A stretch of 64,000 nucleotides of DNA, from the NCBI GenBank assembly GCA_934098735.1, contig CAKOOS010000006.1:2712-66711 (forward strand). Direction: 5' to 3'. The position numbers were made by a program, and so were the translations under genes. The DNA comes from an uncultured Bacilli bacterium. GTDB lineage: Bacteria; Bacillota_I; Bacilli_A; RF39; UBA660. Positions 17,808-25,992 of the stretch are shown piece after piece. Position 1 is the first letter of the stretch. The number at the start of each line of letters is the position of its first letter. The notes beneath the pieces were generated by a model. That model saw only the letters and a program-made list of their open reading frames with translations, did not search any database and was not told the DNA's origin.

Positions 17808-19030
17808 AACCTCCGCAAAAAGCGATAAACTTTTAATAATGGAGGTAATAATTTATATAAAAATTTATTATTTACTAAATCAAATTCTCCAATAAATTCA
17901 ATATATTCATCACCAAATTTTCTTTTAAAATCATGAAGTTTTGCCAAATTTTTATAACTTGTATTAGGATCACCAGTAGTGCCAAACAAATCAAAAAATT
18001 CATATCCCTCGTTATAAGCATCTTTAATGGCTTCATAATAGCTTCTTACAACAGCAAAAGTTAAATTGGCTAGTTCATCACTTCCAATATATAAACTCCA
18101 TGCACGTGTTTTAGTATAAGTACATATTAATGAACACACAACAACTTTTTCTTCTTTTATTTTTTTAAATACATCTAAATCTTTTTCACATTTTACAATT
18201 CTATTTTTTATATCAGCTTCTTTTTTCTTATTTACTTTAACTTCTTCATTTAATTTCTTTAATTCCTCTTCTAAGTCTTCTAATGATTTTTTTACATTTA
18301 AAGTAACATTAAAATATTTCATATTATTATCTTTAGACATCTCTTCACTAAAGATTTCATAATATTTTTCAGAATGAGGATCAAATCCATCTTTATTGCT
18401 ATTACTTTGAATAAGTCTATAAAAATCTTTTACATTTACATTATTATCAATTTCTAAATTATAAGTATAACTTCTTTTAACAGACTTTAAAAATGATTTA
18501 GACATTTTATTTTCTATTTCTTCCCACGGTTTTTTCAAATTTATTCTAAAAGTATATCTTGGTTGATTTCCCTCATAAAGTTTATAAAACCCAGTATGTT
18601 TATAATCTAAAGATAACATAAAATCATAAAGTTTATAATTATTATCATTATCATCAACTTTTTTAGCATCAGCATCAATAGTTTGATACTTAATATCTGG
18701 ATCAAATTTTATATATATGATTTTTTCTTCTTTCATATATTTTTTTAAACAATTAGTAAATTCTTTTATTAAATCATAATTATCATAATCTAAAATAAAT
18801 CCTCGAGGTGCATAACCATAACTATAACCAAGCGGAGTCATTTTTAATAAAATTAAACAAGTAGCTACTAAATTTCCGTTTTCATCTTCCATACCAACAT
18901 ATCTAGGAATTTGATCTTTAGCTCTTTTGCAAAATTGTCCCCATTCATAACTTTGTAAAAAATGTGATTTTTTATGACAATTAGTAAAAGATTGATATTT
19001 ACTTTTCTCTATATTATTTACAAATTTCAT
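17804..19030 (-). CDS. FemABX-family aminoacyltransferase, second paralogue
   Basis: HFLQSYEWGQF...YAPRGFILD, a coiled-coil insert and FDLFGTTG...KLHDFKRKFG. It overlaps the downstream paralogue by 4 nt. Confidence 0.85.
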   Translation of the reverse strand: MKFVNNIEKSKYQSFTNCHKKSHFLQSYEWGQFCKRAKDQIPRYVGMEDENGNLVATCLILLKMTPLGYSYGYAPRGFILDYDNYDLIKEFTNCLKKYMKEEKIIYIKFDPDIKYQTIDADAKKVDDNDNNYKLYDFMLSLDYKHTGFYKLYEGNQPRYTFRINLKKPWEEIENKMSKSFLKSVKRSYTYNLEIDNNVNVKDFYRLIQSNSNKDGFDPHSEKYYEIFSEEMSKDNNMKYFNVTLNVKKSLEDLEEELKKLNEEVKVNKKKEADIKNRIVKCEKDLDVFKKIKEEKVVVCSLICTYTKTRAWSLYIGSDELANLTFAVVRSYYEAIKDAYNEGYEFFDLFGTTGDPNTSYKNLAKLHDFKRKFGDEYIEFIGEFDLVNNKFLYKLLPPLLKVYRFLRRL

Positions 19031-19132
19031 TTTTACCTCACTATACTAAGTTTAACATAAGACCTAAACAAAAGCTAGAATATAAAGTAGACATTTTAAA
19101 ATATATTTAGTACAATTATAATGGTGATAGTT

Positions 19133-19672
19133 ATGAACTTATTAATAATAATACTCATTCTTATAATTATTATAGGATCATTAGGAATAGTTTATACTAT
19201 ATTATATAACAATTTAGTAAGCTATAAAATAAAAATAGAAAAAGCTGAAGGTATTATTGATGAGAGTTTAAGACAAAAATATGACCTTATTGTAAAATTA
19301 AATATACCAATTAAAAAAGTAACAAATAAAAAGGATTATTTAAAAGAATATATAGAATTAAAAAATAAAAGGATTACTAATTATGAAATGGATCGTAAAC
19401 TAACTGAAGCTTATAATATAGTTTTAGAATTAAAATCAGATTATGAAGAATTAAATACTAAAGATTTTAATAAAGATATTAAAGAAATAGAAAAAATTAA
19501 TGAAACATTAATTTCTTGTAAAACATATTATAACAACAACACAAATGAGCTAAATAAAATTATTAGAAAATTCCCAAGTAACATAATTGCTAAAATTCAT
19601 GGCTATAAAATTAAACCTTTCTTTGACGGCAAAAATATGCAAGATGCTGTAATCGATGATTTTAAACTTTAA
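19133..19672 (+). CDS. LemA-family membrane protein
   Basis: N-terminal TM, then YNNLVSYKIKIEKAEGIIDESLRQKYDLI and YNNNTNELNKIIRKFPSNIIA, typical of LemA. Start moved to ATG 19133. Confidence 0.75.
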   Translation: MNLLIIILILIIIIGSLGIVYTILYNNLVSYKIKIEKAEGIIDESLRQKYDLIVKLNIPIKKVTNKKDYLKEYIELKNKRITNYEMDRKLTEAYNIVLELKSDYEELNTKDFNKDIKEIEKINETLISCKTYYNNNTNELNKIIRKFPSNIIAKIHGYKIKPFFDGKNMQDAVIDDFKL

Positions 19673-19680
19673 ATCCATCA

Positions 19681-20457
19681 TTAATCAAGATGGATTTTAT
19701 TTATTATTAAATTTACATCAGAAATAACTACATTAGATGTATTTGCATCACCTAAAATACCAGCCATTACTTGTAAAGTAGTTTCTTTTTCGAAACGAAA
19801 TAAAATGAACTGACAAAAATGCATTTGCTTGCCATCACCAGGAGAAAGCATAAAAGATAAATCTTTTATAACTGCATTAGAATCATCTTTTAAATAAAAA
19901 ATTCCTCCATGTGAATCATCAGCTTTTTCTATTGCTCCAGAAAATTCAATTCTATAAACACCTGGCAAAACAACAACATCTGTATTATTTTGTATAAAAA
20001 TATATTCACTATTATTTGGAATAAACCATGGATCTTGTAAAGTCATTACTCCCGAATGTCTTGCTTCTTGGTATGAAGTAAATAGCATCTCTTCACTAGA
20101 TGATGTTGCAACTGGCCCTACAGGACCTTGTGCACCAGGCATTCCATCTTTCCCTGACTCACCAGGCAATCCTTGATCTCCTTTTTCTCCTTTTAAAGAA
20201 CCAGCATTTTTCCAATTATTTAACTCATCACTCCATATATATAGATTCATTCCTACTAAATAATTTTCATTTTTTGTTCCAGTAGGATGATTTTTTAAAA
20301 ATTCATCTTCAGTATCATAAGTATCTAATATGCTTAATCCTTCACCACTTGGACCTGTTGGACCAGTCGGACCAATTATACTACATCCAAAACCCAAATC
20401 AAGAAGTTCTTTGCGTAATTTTTGTTGTTCTTTAATTTTATTACATAAATCTCCCAC
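19681..20457 (-). CDS. collagen-like triple-helix repeat protein with a globular C-terminal domain (BclA/C1q-like)
   Basis: [12 protein letters not shown], then an interrupting domain (YLVGMNLYIWSDELNNWKNAG), then GEKGDQGLPGESGKDGMPGAQGPVGP, then about 140 aa of beta-rich C-terminus. Confidence 0.75.
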   Translation of the reverse strand: MGDLCNKIKEQQKLRKELLDLGFGCSIIGPTGPTGPSGEGLSILDTYDTEDEFLKNHPTGTKNENYLVGMNLYIWSDELNNWKNAGSLKGEKGDQGLPGESGKDGMPGAQGPVGPVATSSSEEMLFTSYQEARHSGVMTLQDPWFIPNNSEYIFIQNNTDVVVLPGVYRIEFSGAIEKADDSHGGIFYLKDDSNAVIKDLSFMLSPGDGKQMHFCQFILFRFEKETTLQVMAGILGDANTSNVVISDVNLIINKIHLD

Positions 20458-20561
20458 AAAATCACCTAATATAGTATATGAAAAGAAAATAAAAAGGTTA
20501 TTAGACTTTTGTCATTACAACTTGTCCACTTACTACATAAATTATATTGAAAGGAGAAAAA

Positions 20562-21347
20562 ATGAATAACAATATTAAAAGAGCAAAACAAATAATTGAT
20601 TGTTATAATAAAGAAAATCCCAATACAACTTTTACTTGTTTTGGCCCAACTGGTCCAACAGGTCCAACAGGACCACAAGGCCCCGCTAGTATCGCTGTAG
20701 GAGTAACTACTACTACTGATCCTGGTACTAATGCTAGTGTTACTAATGTAGGTACTGATGATAACGTTATTTTAAACTTCAACATTCCTAGAGGAGAAAC
20801 AGGTCCAATTGGTCCTCAAGGAATACCTGGAACAGAGGGCCCAACAGGACCAGCAGGACCACAAGGTCTTCAAGGTCTTCAAGGAATACAGGGACCAACA
20901 GGACCAACAGGTCCAGCAGGACCTACCGCTATTGAAACTTATGGTCGTAAATACAATACTAGTACAGACAATATTTCTTTAGAAACTAATATTGCTCAAA
21001 ATATTCCACTTGGTAATAATGGTCCTACTAACAAAATTACTACTGCTACACAAAATAAACTTACAATAGCGGAAAATGGAGTTTATTTAGTAGAATATGG
21101 TTTTTCTGGAAGTTCAAGTACTAATGCTACATTAACTGTTGAAGTAAAACAAAATGCTAATGCTATAGGTAGTACTTCAATTGTTAAAACTGTAACCGCT
21201 AATAACAATACAGACTTTAACAGTAGTACTATTAATTCATTTGCTGTTGGTGATGAAATAGGATTAAGTATTAAGTCTTCTACAGCCGCTACAATAACAC
21301 CTGCTAATGGTACTAATGCTTATTTGAATATTATTAGAATATCTTAA
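20562..21347 (+). CDS. collagen-like (BclA-type) protein
   Basis: ATG 20562 with an [24 protein letters not shown] and [44 protein letters not shown] tracts, with a Thr/Asn-rich beta C-terminal domain. Confidence 0.8.
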   Translation: MNNNIKRAKQIIDCYNKENPNTTFTCFGPTGPTGPTGPQGPASIAVGVTTTTDPGTNASVTNVGTDDNVILNFNIPRGETGPIGPQGIPGTEGPTGPAGPQGLQGLQGIQGPTGPTGPAGPTAIETYGRKYNTSTDNISLETNIAQNIPLGNNGPTNKITTATQNKLTIAENGVYLVEYGFSGSSSTNATLTVEVKQNANAIGSTSIVKTVTANNNTDFNSSTINSFAVGDEIGLSIKSSTAATITPANGTNAYLNIIRIS

Positions 21348-21351
21348 GAAA

Positions 21352-21377
21352 AAGCATCTCTTCGGAGGTGTTTTTTT
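21352..21377 (+). terminator. rho-independent terminator of the collagen-like gene
   Basis: agcatctc ttcg gaggtgtt hairpin (with G-U pairs) followed by T7. Confidence 0.65.
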
Positions 21378-21404
21378 AACAAAGCCACTTTAAAGTGCTA
21401 TAAT
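21376..21404 (+). promoter_or_regulatory. sigmaA-like promoter (TTAACA-17-TATAAT)
   Basis: TTAACA at 21376-81, a 17-nt spacer and TATAAT at 21399-21404. Confidence 0.5.
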
Positions 21405-21458
21405 TTAACCAGTTGTGAAACAATGGGGGTTGCAGAATAACTAAATAAGCATAATAGT

Positions 21459-21490
21459 AATCTCATTGTATCTACAATGAGATTTTTTTG
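21459..21490 (+). terminator. terminator/attenuator hairpin upstream of the small sigma-like ORF
   Basis: Stem aatctcatt/aatgagatt (9 bp, 8-nt loop) followed by T7. It lies about 50 nt downstream of the predicted transcription start and 19 nt upstream of ATG 21509. Confidence 0.6.
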
Positions 21491-21508
21491 AAATTTAGGA
21501 GGGTAATT

Positions 21509-21788
21509 ATGGAAATAAATAAAAAAAATTTTTGAAAACTTTTTTGCTGAGGCAAAAATTAATTTAACTCGAGAAAAAAAATTTTTATACAATTTAACAA
21601 ATCTAATTTGTAATACATCTGTTAATAGTATAATGAATTTATCAGAAAAACAAACTTTTGTATTAAGAAAGAGCTTAGGTGTTTTTGATGATGGTATAAT
21701 ACAAAGTTTAAGATTAATAGGTGAAAACTTGGATGAACCTAAAAGTATTGAAGCAATTAGGATGATACTAAAAAAAGTTACAGAATGA
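21509..21788 (+). pseudogene. small sigma-70 region-4-like HTH protein, reading frame broken at an A8 tract
   Basis: AGGAGGG RBS and ATG 21509. The frame hits TGA at 21533-35. The +1 frame is open from 21519 to TGA 21786-88 and encodes ...LSEKQTFVLRKSLGVFDDGIIQSLRLIGENLDEPKSIEAIRMILKKVTE. Removing one A from A8 (21521-28) gives a continuous 92-aa ORF. Confidence 0.5.
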
Positions 21789-21854
21789 CTTTAGTCTATA
21801 TTCATAGAATGATTTCAGCAGAGAAAAGTAAAATATGCGAAGAACATATAGTAT

Positions 21855-22514
21855 TTATTTAGACCAATCAATCGGTACAAGCCCATTTTTTAATAAAAAA
21901 TCATTAGTTTTTGAAAAAGGTTTACTACCAAAAAAACCAGAATAAGCAGAAAAAGGAGAAGGATGAGGACTAGTAATTATATAATGATGTGGGTTAGTAA
22001 TAAACTTAGCTTTCTCTTTAGCAAAATTACCCCATAATATAAAGACTACTGGCGTATCTTTCATATTTAAAGTTTTAATAATATAATCCGTTAAAAGTTC
22101 CCATCCCATATTACGATGACTTGCAGCCTTATCCTTTTCAACAGTTAAAACAGCATTGAGAAGTAAAACACCTTGTTTAGCCCAATTTGTTAAATCTCCA
22201 TTATCTTTAGGATTAATATTTAAATCAGAATATAATTCCTTATATATATTTTGAAGAGAAGGAGGTACTTTTACTCCTTGCTGAACAGAAAAAGACAAAC
22301 CATGAGCTTCTCCTTCACCATGATAAGGATCTTGTCCAACGATAACAACTTTCGTATTTTCATAACTAGTTAATTTTAAGGCATTAAAAATATAATTTTT
22401 CGGAGGAAATATAGTTTTAGTATCATACTCATGCATAATTTTTTGATAAAATCTTTGAAATCCTTGACTATTCCAAATAATACTTAACTTTTCATCCCAA
22501 TCATTTCCAATCAT
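21855..22514 (-). CDS. ung: uracil-DNA glycosylase
   Basis: VVIVGQDPYHG and SPHPSPFSA family-1 UDG motifs. Confidence 0.92.
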   Translation of the reverse strand: MIGNDWDEKLSIIWNSQGFQRFYQKIMHEYDTKTIFPPKNYIFNALKLTSYENTKVVIVGQDPYHGEGEAHGLSFSVQQGVKVPPSLQNIYKELYSDLNINPKDNGDLTNWAKQGVLLLNAVLTVEKDKAASHRNMGWELLTDYIIKTLNMKDTPVVFILWGNFAKEKAKFITNPHHYIITSPHPSPFSAYSGFFGSKPFSKTNDFLLKNGLVPIDWSK

Positions 22515-23341
22515 TTTAAAGCCTCCTTACAAGCATATAAAATATCTTCAAAATTATTTGCAGCAATTAAAAATCTACTTGTATGACAAAAACGTAAATA
22601 AGGTGGTAACTTATGTAACCATGCTTCTGGAAACTCTTTTTTAAGATCTTTTGTATCTGAATTTTTAGGAATTCCTTGAGCACAATATCCACCACGATGA
22701 GATGGGTATATGACATAAATTGCTTCAGTTTCAGGTAAATAATCTTGAAAATATAAATGCTCATTTAAAATGATAATTCTTTTATCAGCAGATTCTTCAT
22801 AACATTTTTTAAGTTTTTTTAAATCTTTCAAATGATTTTTCTCTTTTAAAATCATTCTTTCTAATATAACTTTAGCAAATTTAACAGCTTCAAAAAATTC
22901 AAAATCGCCATCATCCGTTTTAAGAATTGGATTTAAAACATCAATTGCTAAAGCTAACGCATTATAACTTCCTGTATTATCTGATAAGTCTAAACTCTCA
23001 ATTAACTTTTTATCAATTTTTTTATAAACGTATTCACCGTATAATGAAGGAGCAAATTCTCTCCATAGCTTACCAAAAGCTGCAAAAGGAATTCCATTTT
23101 CTCTTTTTTCATTATCAACTGAATGATGATCAAACTTTCCAAGCCCAATATCAAATACAATTCCATCAAAGTTTTCAGGTACACTATTTACCCTTTTAAT
23201 TTCAATATCTGGATTAATTATTTTTAAAAAAGCTGCCCCAAAAACATCATCAGCATGAAATTTAGCTGCATGAGTCAAAGCAACCTTACATTTTTTTACA
23301 TCTTCTATTTTCACTATTACCTCACTTATGATAACTTTCAT
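22511..23341 (-). CDS. MYG1/UPF0160-family metal-dependent hydrolase
   Basis: THAAKFHADDVFG N-terminal motif and FDIGLGKFDHH. Confidence 0.75.
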   Translation of the reverse strand: MKVIISEVIVKIEDVKKCKVALTHAAKFHADDVFGAAFLKIINPDIEIKRVNSVPENFDGIVFDIGLGKFDHHSVDNEKRENGIPFAAFGKLWREFAPSLYGEYVYKKIDKKLIESLDLSDNTGSYNALALAIDVLNPILKTDDGDFEFFEAVKFAKVILERMILKEKNHLKDLKKLKKCYEESADKRIIILNEHLYFQDYLPETEAIYVIYPSHRGGYCAQGIPKNSDTKDLKKEFPEAWLHKLPPYLRFCHTSRFLIAANNFEDILYACKEALK

Positions 23342-23759
23342 TATTATTTATTTTACAAGATCTATATATTTGTTCTAATAAAATTCCACGAAACAAGCCA
23401 TGAGGAAAAGTCATTTTAGAAAAACTAATTAATTCATTACAGCAATCTTTAATTTCATCATTAAGTCCAAGAGAAGCTCCGATAATAAAAGTAATATTAC
23501 TATTTTGAGGTAATATATTAGAAATTTTTTGAGCAAATTCTAAACTTGTATAAGATTTTCCTCCTAAATCAAGACCAATATTATAATCACTTTTTTTAAT
23601 ATTTTGAAGTAGCATAGCTACTTCTTTTTCATATATATTATTGTCTTTAAGTTCCACAATTTCTAATTTAATATACTTATTTATTCTCTTTTGATAATCC
23701 TTAATTAATTCATCTAAATAACTCTCTTTTATTTTTCCTACACAAAGTATTTTTATCAT
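23322..23759 (-). CDS. rlmH: 23S rRNA (pseudouridine1915-N3)-methyltransferase
   Basis: 145-aa SPOUT protein: MIKILCVGKIKE...FIIGASLGL...SFSKMTFPHGLFRGILLEQIYR. Confidence 0.85.
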   Translation of the reverse strand: MIKILCVGKIKESYLDELIKDYQKRINKYIKLEIVELKDNNIYEKEVAMLLQNIKKSDYNIGLDLGGKSYTSLEFAQKISNILPQNSNITFIIGASLGLNDEIKDCCNELISFSKMTFPHGLFRGILLEQIYRSCKINNNESYHK

Positions 23760-24520
23760 ATTTCAATTACATCCGTTCTTTCATTCTGTCTAGCACAAAT
23801 AATATCATCAAAATCTATTCCATATTCTTTAAATGTATCATGTATAGTATTTAAAGCTACTTCTTCCAAATTATTTGTTTCACTAAGATGGATTAAAACA
23901 ATCTTCTTAGTTTTATCTCCAATTAACTTTGTAAGATAAAAAGAAGCAGCTTTATTAGATAAATGTCCTTCATCTGATAATACTCTTTTTTTTAACCATG
24001 CTGGATATGGTCCATGTGTTAAAAGTTCAATGTCATGGTTACTTTCAAATAAATAAACATCAAGATTATTTAAATATTTAAAATTTTTAGAATTTATGTA
24101 TCCTGTGTCAGTTACATAACCAATCTTCTTATTTGCAAATTCAATAACAAAATTCCTAGAATCCGGAGCATCATGACTAGATTTAAAGGATTTAATCATT
24201 ATACCATCTAGATTTATTTCATCTTCAAGAACAATGATATGTTTATAATCCTTTACATCTTCAATTGAATAAAATAATTTTTGACTTACAACTAAAGCTG
24301 CTCCAGTTTTAGAAAGTAGGGTTTTTAAGGCCGTTGTATGATCACTATGATTATGACTTATTATCACATAATCTATATCCTTAATATTAACATCTATACT
24401 TTTTAAAGCTTCACTAATATATTTATAATTACGTCCTGCATCAAGTAAAAACTTTTTATTATTTGCCTCTAAAAACGTTACATTTCCTTTAGAGCCACTT
24501 GACAATACTGCTACTTTCAT
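23756..24520 (-). CDS. MBL-fold metallo-hydrolase (YycJ/WalJ-like)
   Basis: Start moved to ATG 24520 (MKVAVLSSGSKGNVTFLE...). HNHSDH zinc motif. Synteny with rlmH as in Bacillus yycJ-yydA. Confidence 0.8.
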   Translation of the reverse strand: MKVAVLSSGSKGNVTFLEANNKKFLLDAGRNYKYISEALKSIDVNIKDIDYVIISHNHSDHTTALKTLLSKTGAALVVSQKLFYSIEDVKDYKHIIVLEDEINLDGIMIKSFKSSHDAPDSRNFVIEFANKKIGYVTDTGYINSKNFKYLNNLDVYLFESNHDIELLTHGPYPAWLKKRVLSDEGHLSNKAASFYLTKLIGDKTKKIVLIHLSETNNLEEVALNTIHDTFKEYGIDFDDIICARQNERTDVIEI

Positions 24521-25992
24521 TATCGCAACCTTATATAATTTAATGGATTTTGGAAAGAATAGCTTCCATGGAATGGCCATCCGATAGAAACACCAAAATG
24601 CAAGTGAACTCCAAATGCTAAACCAGTTTCACCCATTTCTCCTATTTGCATTCCTTTAGTTACAGTTTGCCCCTCTTTTACTAATGCCTGATATAAATGA
24701 GCATATTGTGTATAAATATTATTATCATGTGCAATAATTATATAATTTCCATCTGTGCTACGATAGCTTACTTCAACAACAGTACCATCACCAACAGCAT
24801 AAACCGGTGATCTAAATCCTGTCCCAGAAATATCAATACCTGAATGCATTTTATGGCCACGCCATCCAAATGGACTAGTAAGCATAAACGGATAATTTGT
24901 TGGATAACCCCATCCAGTCGTAGCAACATAACTACCACTTACACCAGAATATCTTCTTCCAACAGTAACCTCTTGTTTAACCATTTCTCTAATAAGCTCA
25001 CTTTTTTCAGTCTTAACTTCACTTGAAGCATTACCATTAACAACTTCATAAGAATAATGAACAAGTGTAAGCTCATTAACTCCAGCTTTAGTAATTTCTT
25101 TATAAGTATAATCTTTCGTATTATCAACAACGGTTTCTGTTATAAATGGAGTTTCATTTTCATCTATTTTGTAAACATTATATGATAAGGTAACAACTGG
25201 ATTTATTAAAGTAACATTTACTGTACTTCCAACAGATAGCATAGCATTTTCACTTTTATACTTAGGATTAGCTATTAAAAATTCTTGAGAATTTATATGA
25301 TTATCTTCACTTATACTAGCTATAGTATCCCCAGTTTTAACGACATAAGTATCCATCTGTGCATCAGGACCAAATATTAAATATTGACTTAATGATTCAG
25401 CATCTTTATATATTTTATCATCAACACTTATATAACCCTCTTTAATAGTAATAGTTTCATCAAAATACATATTACTTATAACAGAACCTATTTCAGTAAT
25501 ACTTCTATTGCCTTTATTATATTCTTCTAACTGTTCTTCAGTAATAAATGATAATACAAATTTTCTTATTGCTTCATTAAATATTTCTTCATCCAAAACA
25601 TTTATAACAATATTTTCTTTAGTTTTATCATTAGGCTTTATCGTAACAATATACCCTTTAATAGTAAAATTATCAGCATTTTCTATTTTTTTATATATTT
25701 CATCTACACTCGTAAAATTATCATCAAACGTCTTAGTTTTAACAATATCTAAACCAGCAGGTGGATAAACATAACTAACATCATATTCATCTTTAATATT
25801 TTGTTGCTCATTATTAATTAAACTATAAAGTTCATCTTTATTTTTAATTAAACCAATTACTTTACCATCAAGATACACTTGAAAAGCATCTGTTGCATCA
25901 GTATAAGCATAAGAATAATTATTATTCAACAAATAAATTATTAGAATTGATACAGCAATTATAGCTGTTATTAATTTACCTTTATTATTCAT
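24520..25992 (-). CDS. M23-family peptidoglycan endopeptidase with a LysM domain
   Basis: N-terminal anchor, LysM (YVVKTGDTIASISEDNHINSQEFLIANP) and M23 motifs HSGIDISG and HLHFGV. Confidence 0.8.
   Translation of the reverse strand: MNNKGKLITAIIAVSILIIYLLNNNYSYAYTDATDAFQVYLDGKVIGLIKNKDELYSLINNEQQNIKDEYDVSYVYPPAGLDIVKTKTFDDNFTSVDEIYKKIENADNFTIKGYIVTIKPNDKTKENIVINVLDEEIFNEAIRKFVLSFITEEQLEEYNKGNRSITEIGSVISNMYFDETITIKEGYISVDDKIYKDAESLSQYLIFGPDAQMDTYVVKTGDTIASISEDNHINSQEFLIANPKYKSENAMLSVGSTVNVTLINPVVTLSYNVYKIDENETPFITETVVDNTKDYTYKEITKAGVNELTLVHYSYEVVNGNASSEVKTEKSELIREMVKQEVTVGRRYSGVSGSYVATTGWGYPTNYPFMLTSPFGWRGHKMHSGIDISGTGFRSPVYAVGDGTVVEVSYRSTDGNYIIIAHDNNIYTQYAHLYQALVKEGQTVTKGMQIGEMGETGLAFGVHLHFGVSIGWPFHGSYSFQNPLNYIRLR

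Noticed and set aside
20340-20680. The GPT-encoding stretches of the two divergent collagen-like genes form an imperfect inverted repeat (about 18/23 nt) flanking the shared promoter region. This might be an invertible switch.
   Set aside because: The similarity is fully explained by both genes encoding GPTGPTGP. The match is short and imperfect, and no recombinase or defined IR boundary is nearby.
20100-20785. Track ORFs 20100-20285(+), 20330-20569(+), 20466-20678(-) and 20603-20785(-), which overlap the collagen-like genes.
   Set aside because: These are frame and antisense shadows of the GXX-repeat coding regions (Gly-Pro-Thr codons read open in several frames). They have no RBS and no independent motif.
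19681-21347. Collagen-like proteins as phage tail fibres marking a prophage.
   Set aside because: No capsid, portal, terminase, tape-measure, holin or integrase genes occur within 20 kb. The neighbours are FemAB/LemA and ung.
21398-21592. Minus-strand track ORF of 64 aa in the intergenic region.
   Set aside because: It runs antisense through a plus-strand promoter, terminator hairpin and RBS. It is Lys/Phe-rich AT-driven sequence with no RBS.
4153-21854. Direct repeats or att sites bounding the T4SS-FemAB-collagen block as one integrated element.
   Set aside because: Comparing the two boundary intergenic regions (4153-4213 and 21789-21854) by eye, I found no shared repeat longer than a few AT-rich bases. 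A proper repeat search was not possible, so this is unproven rather than disproven.
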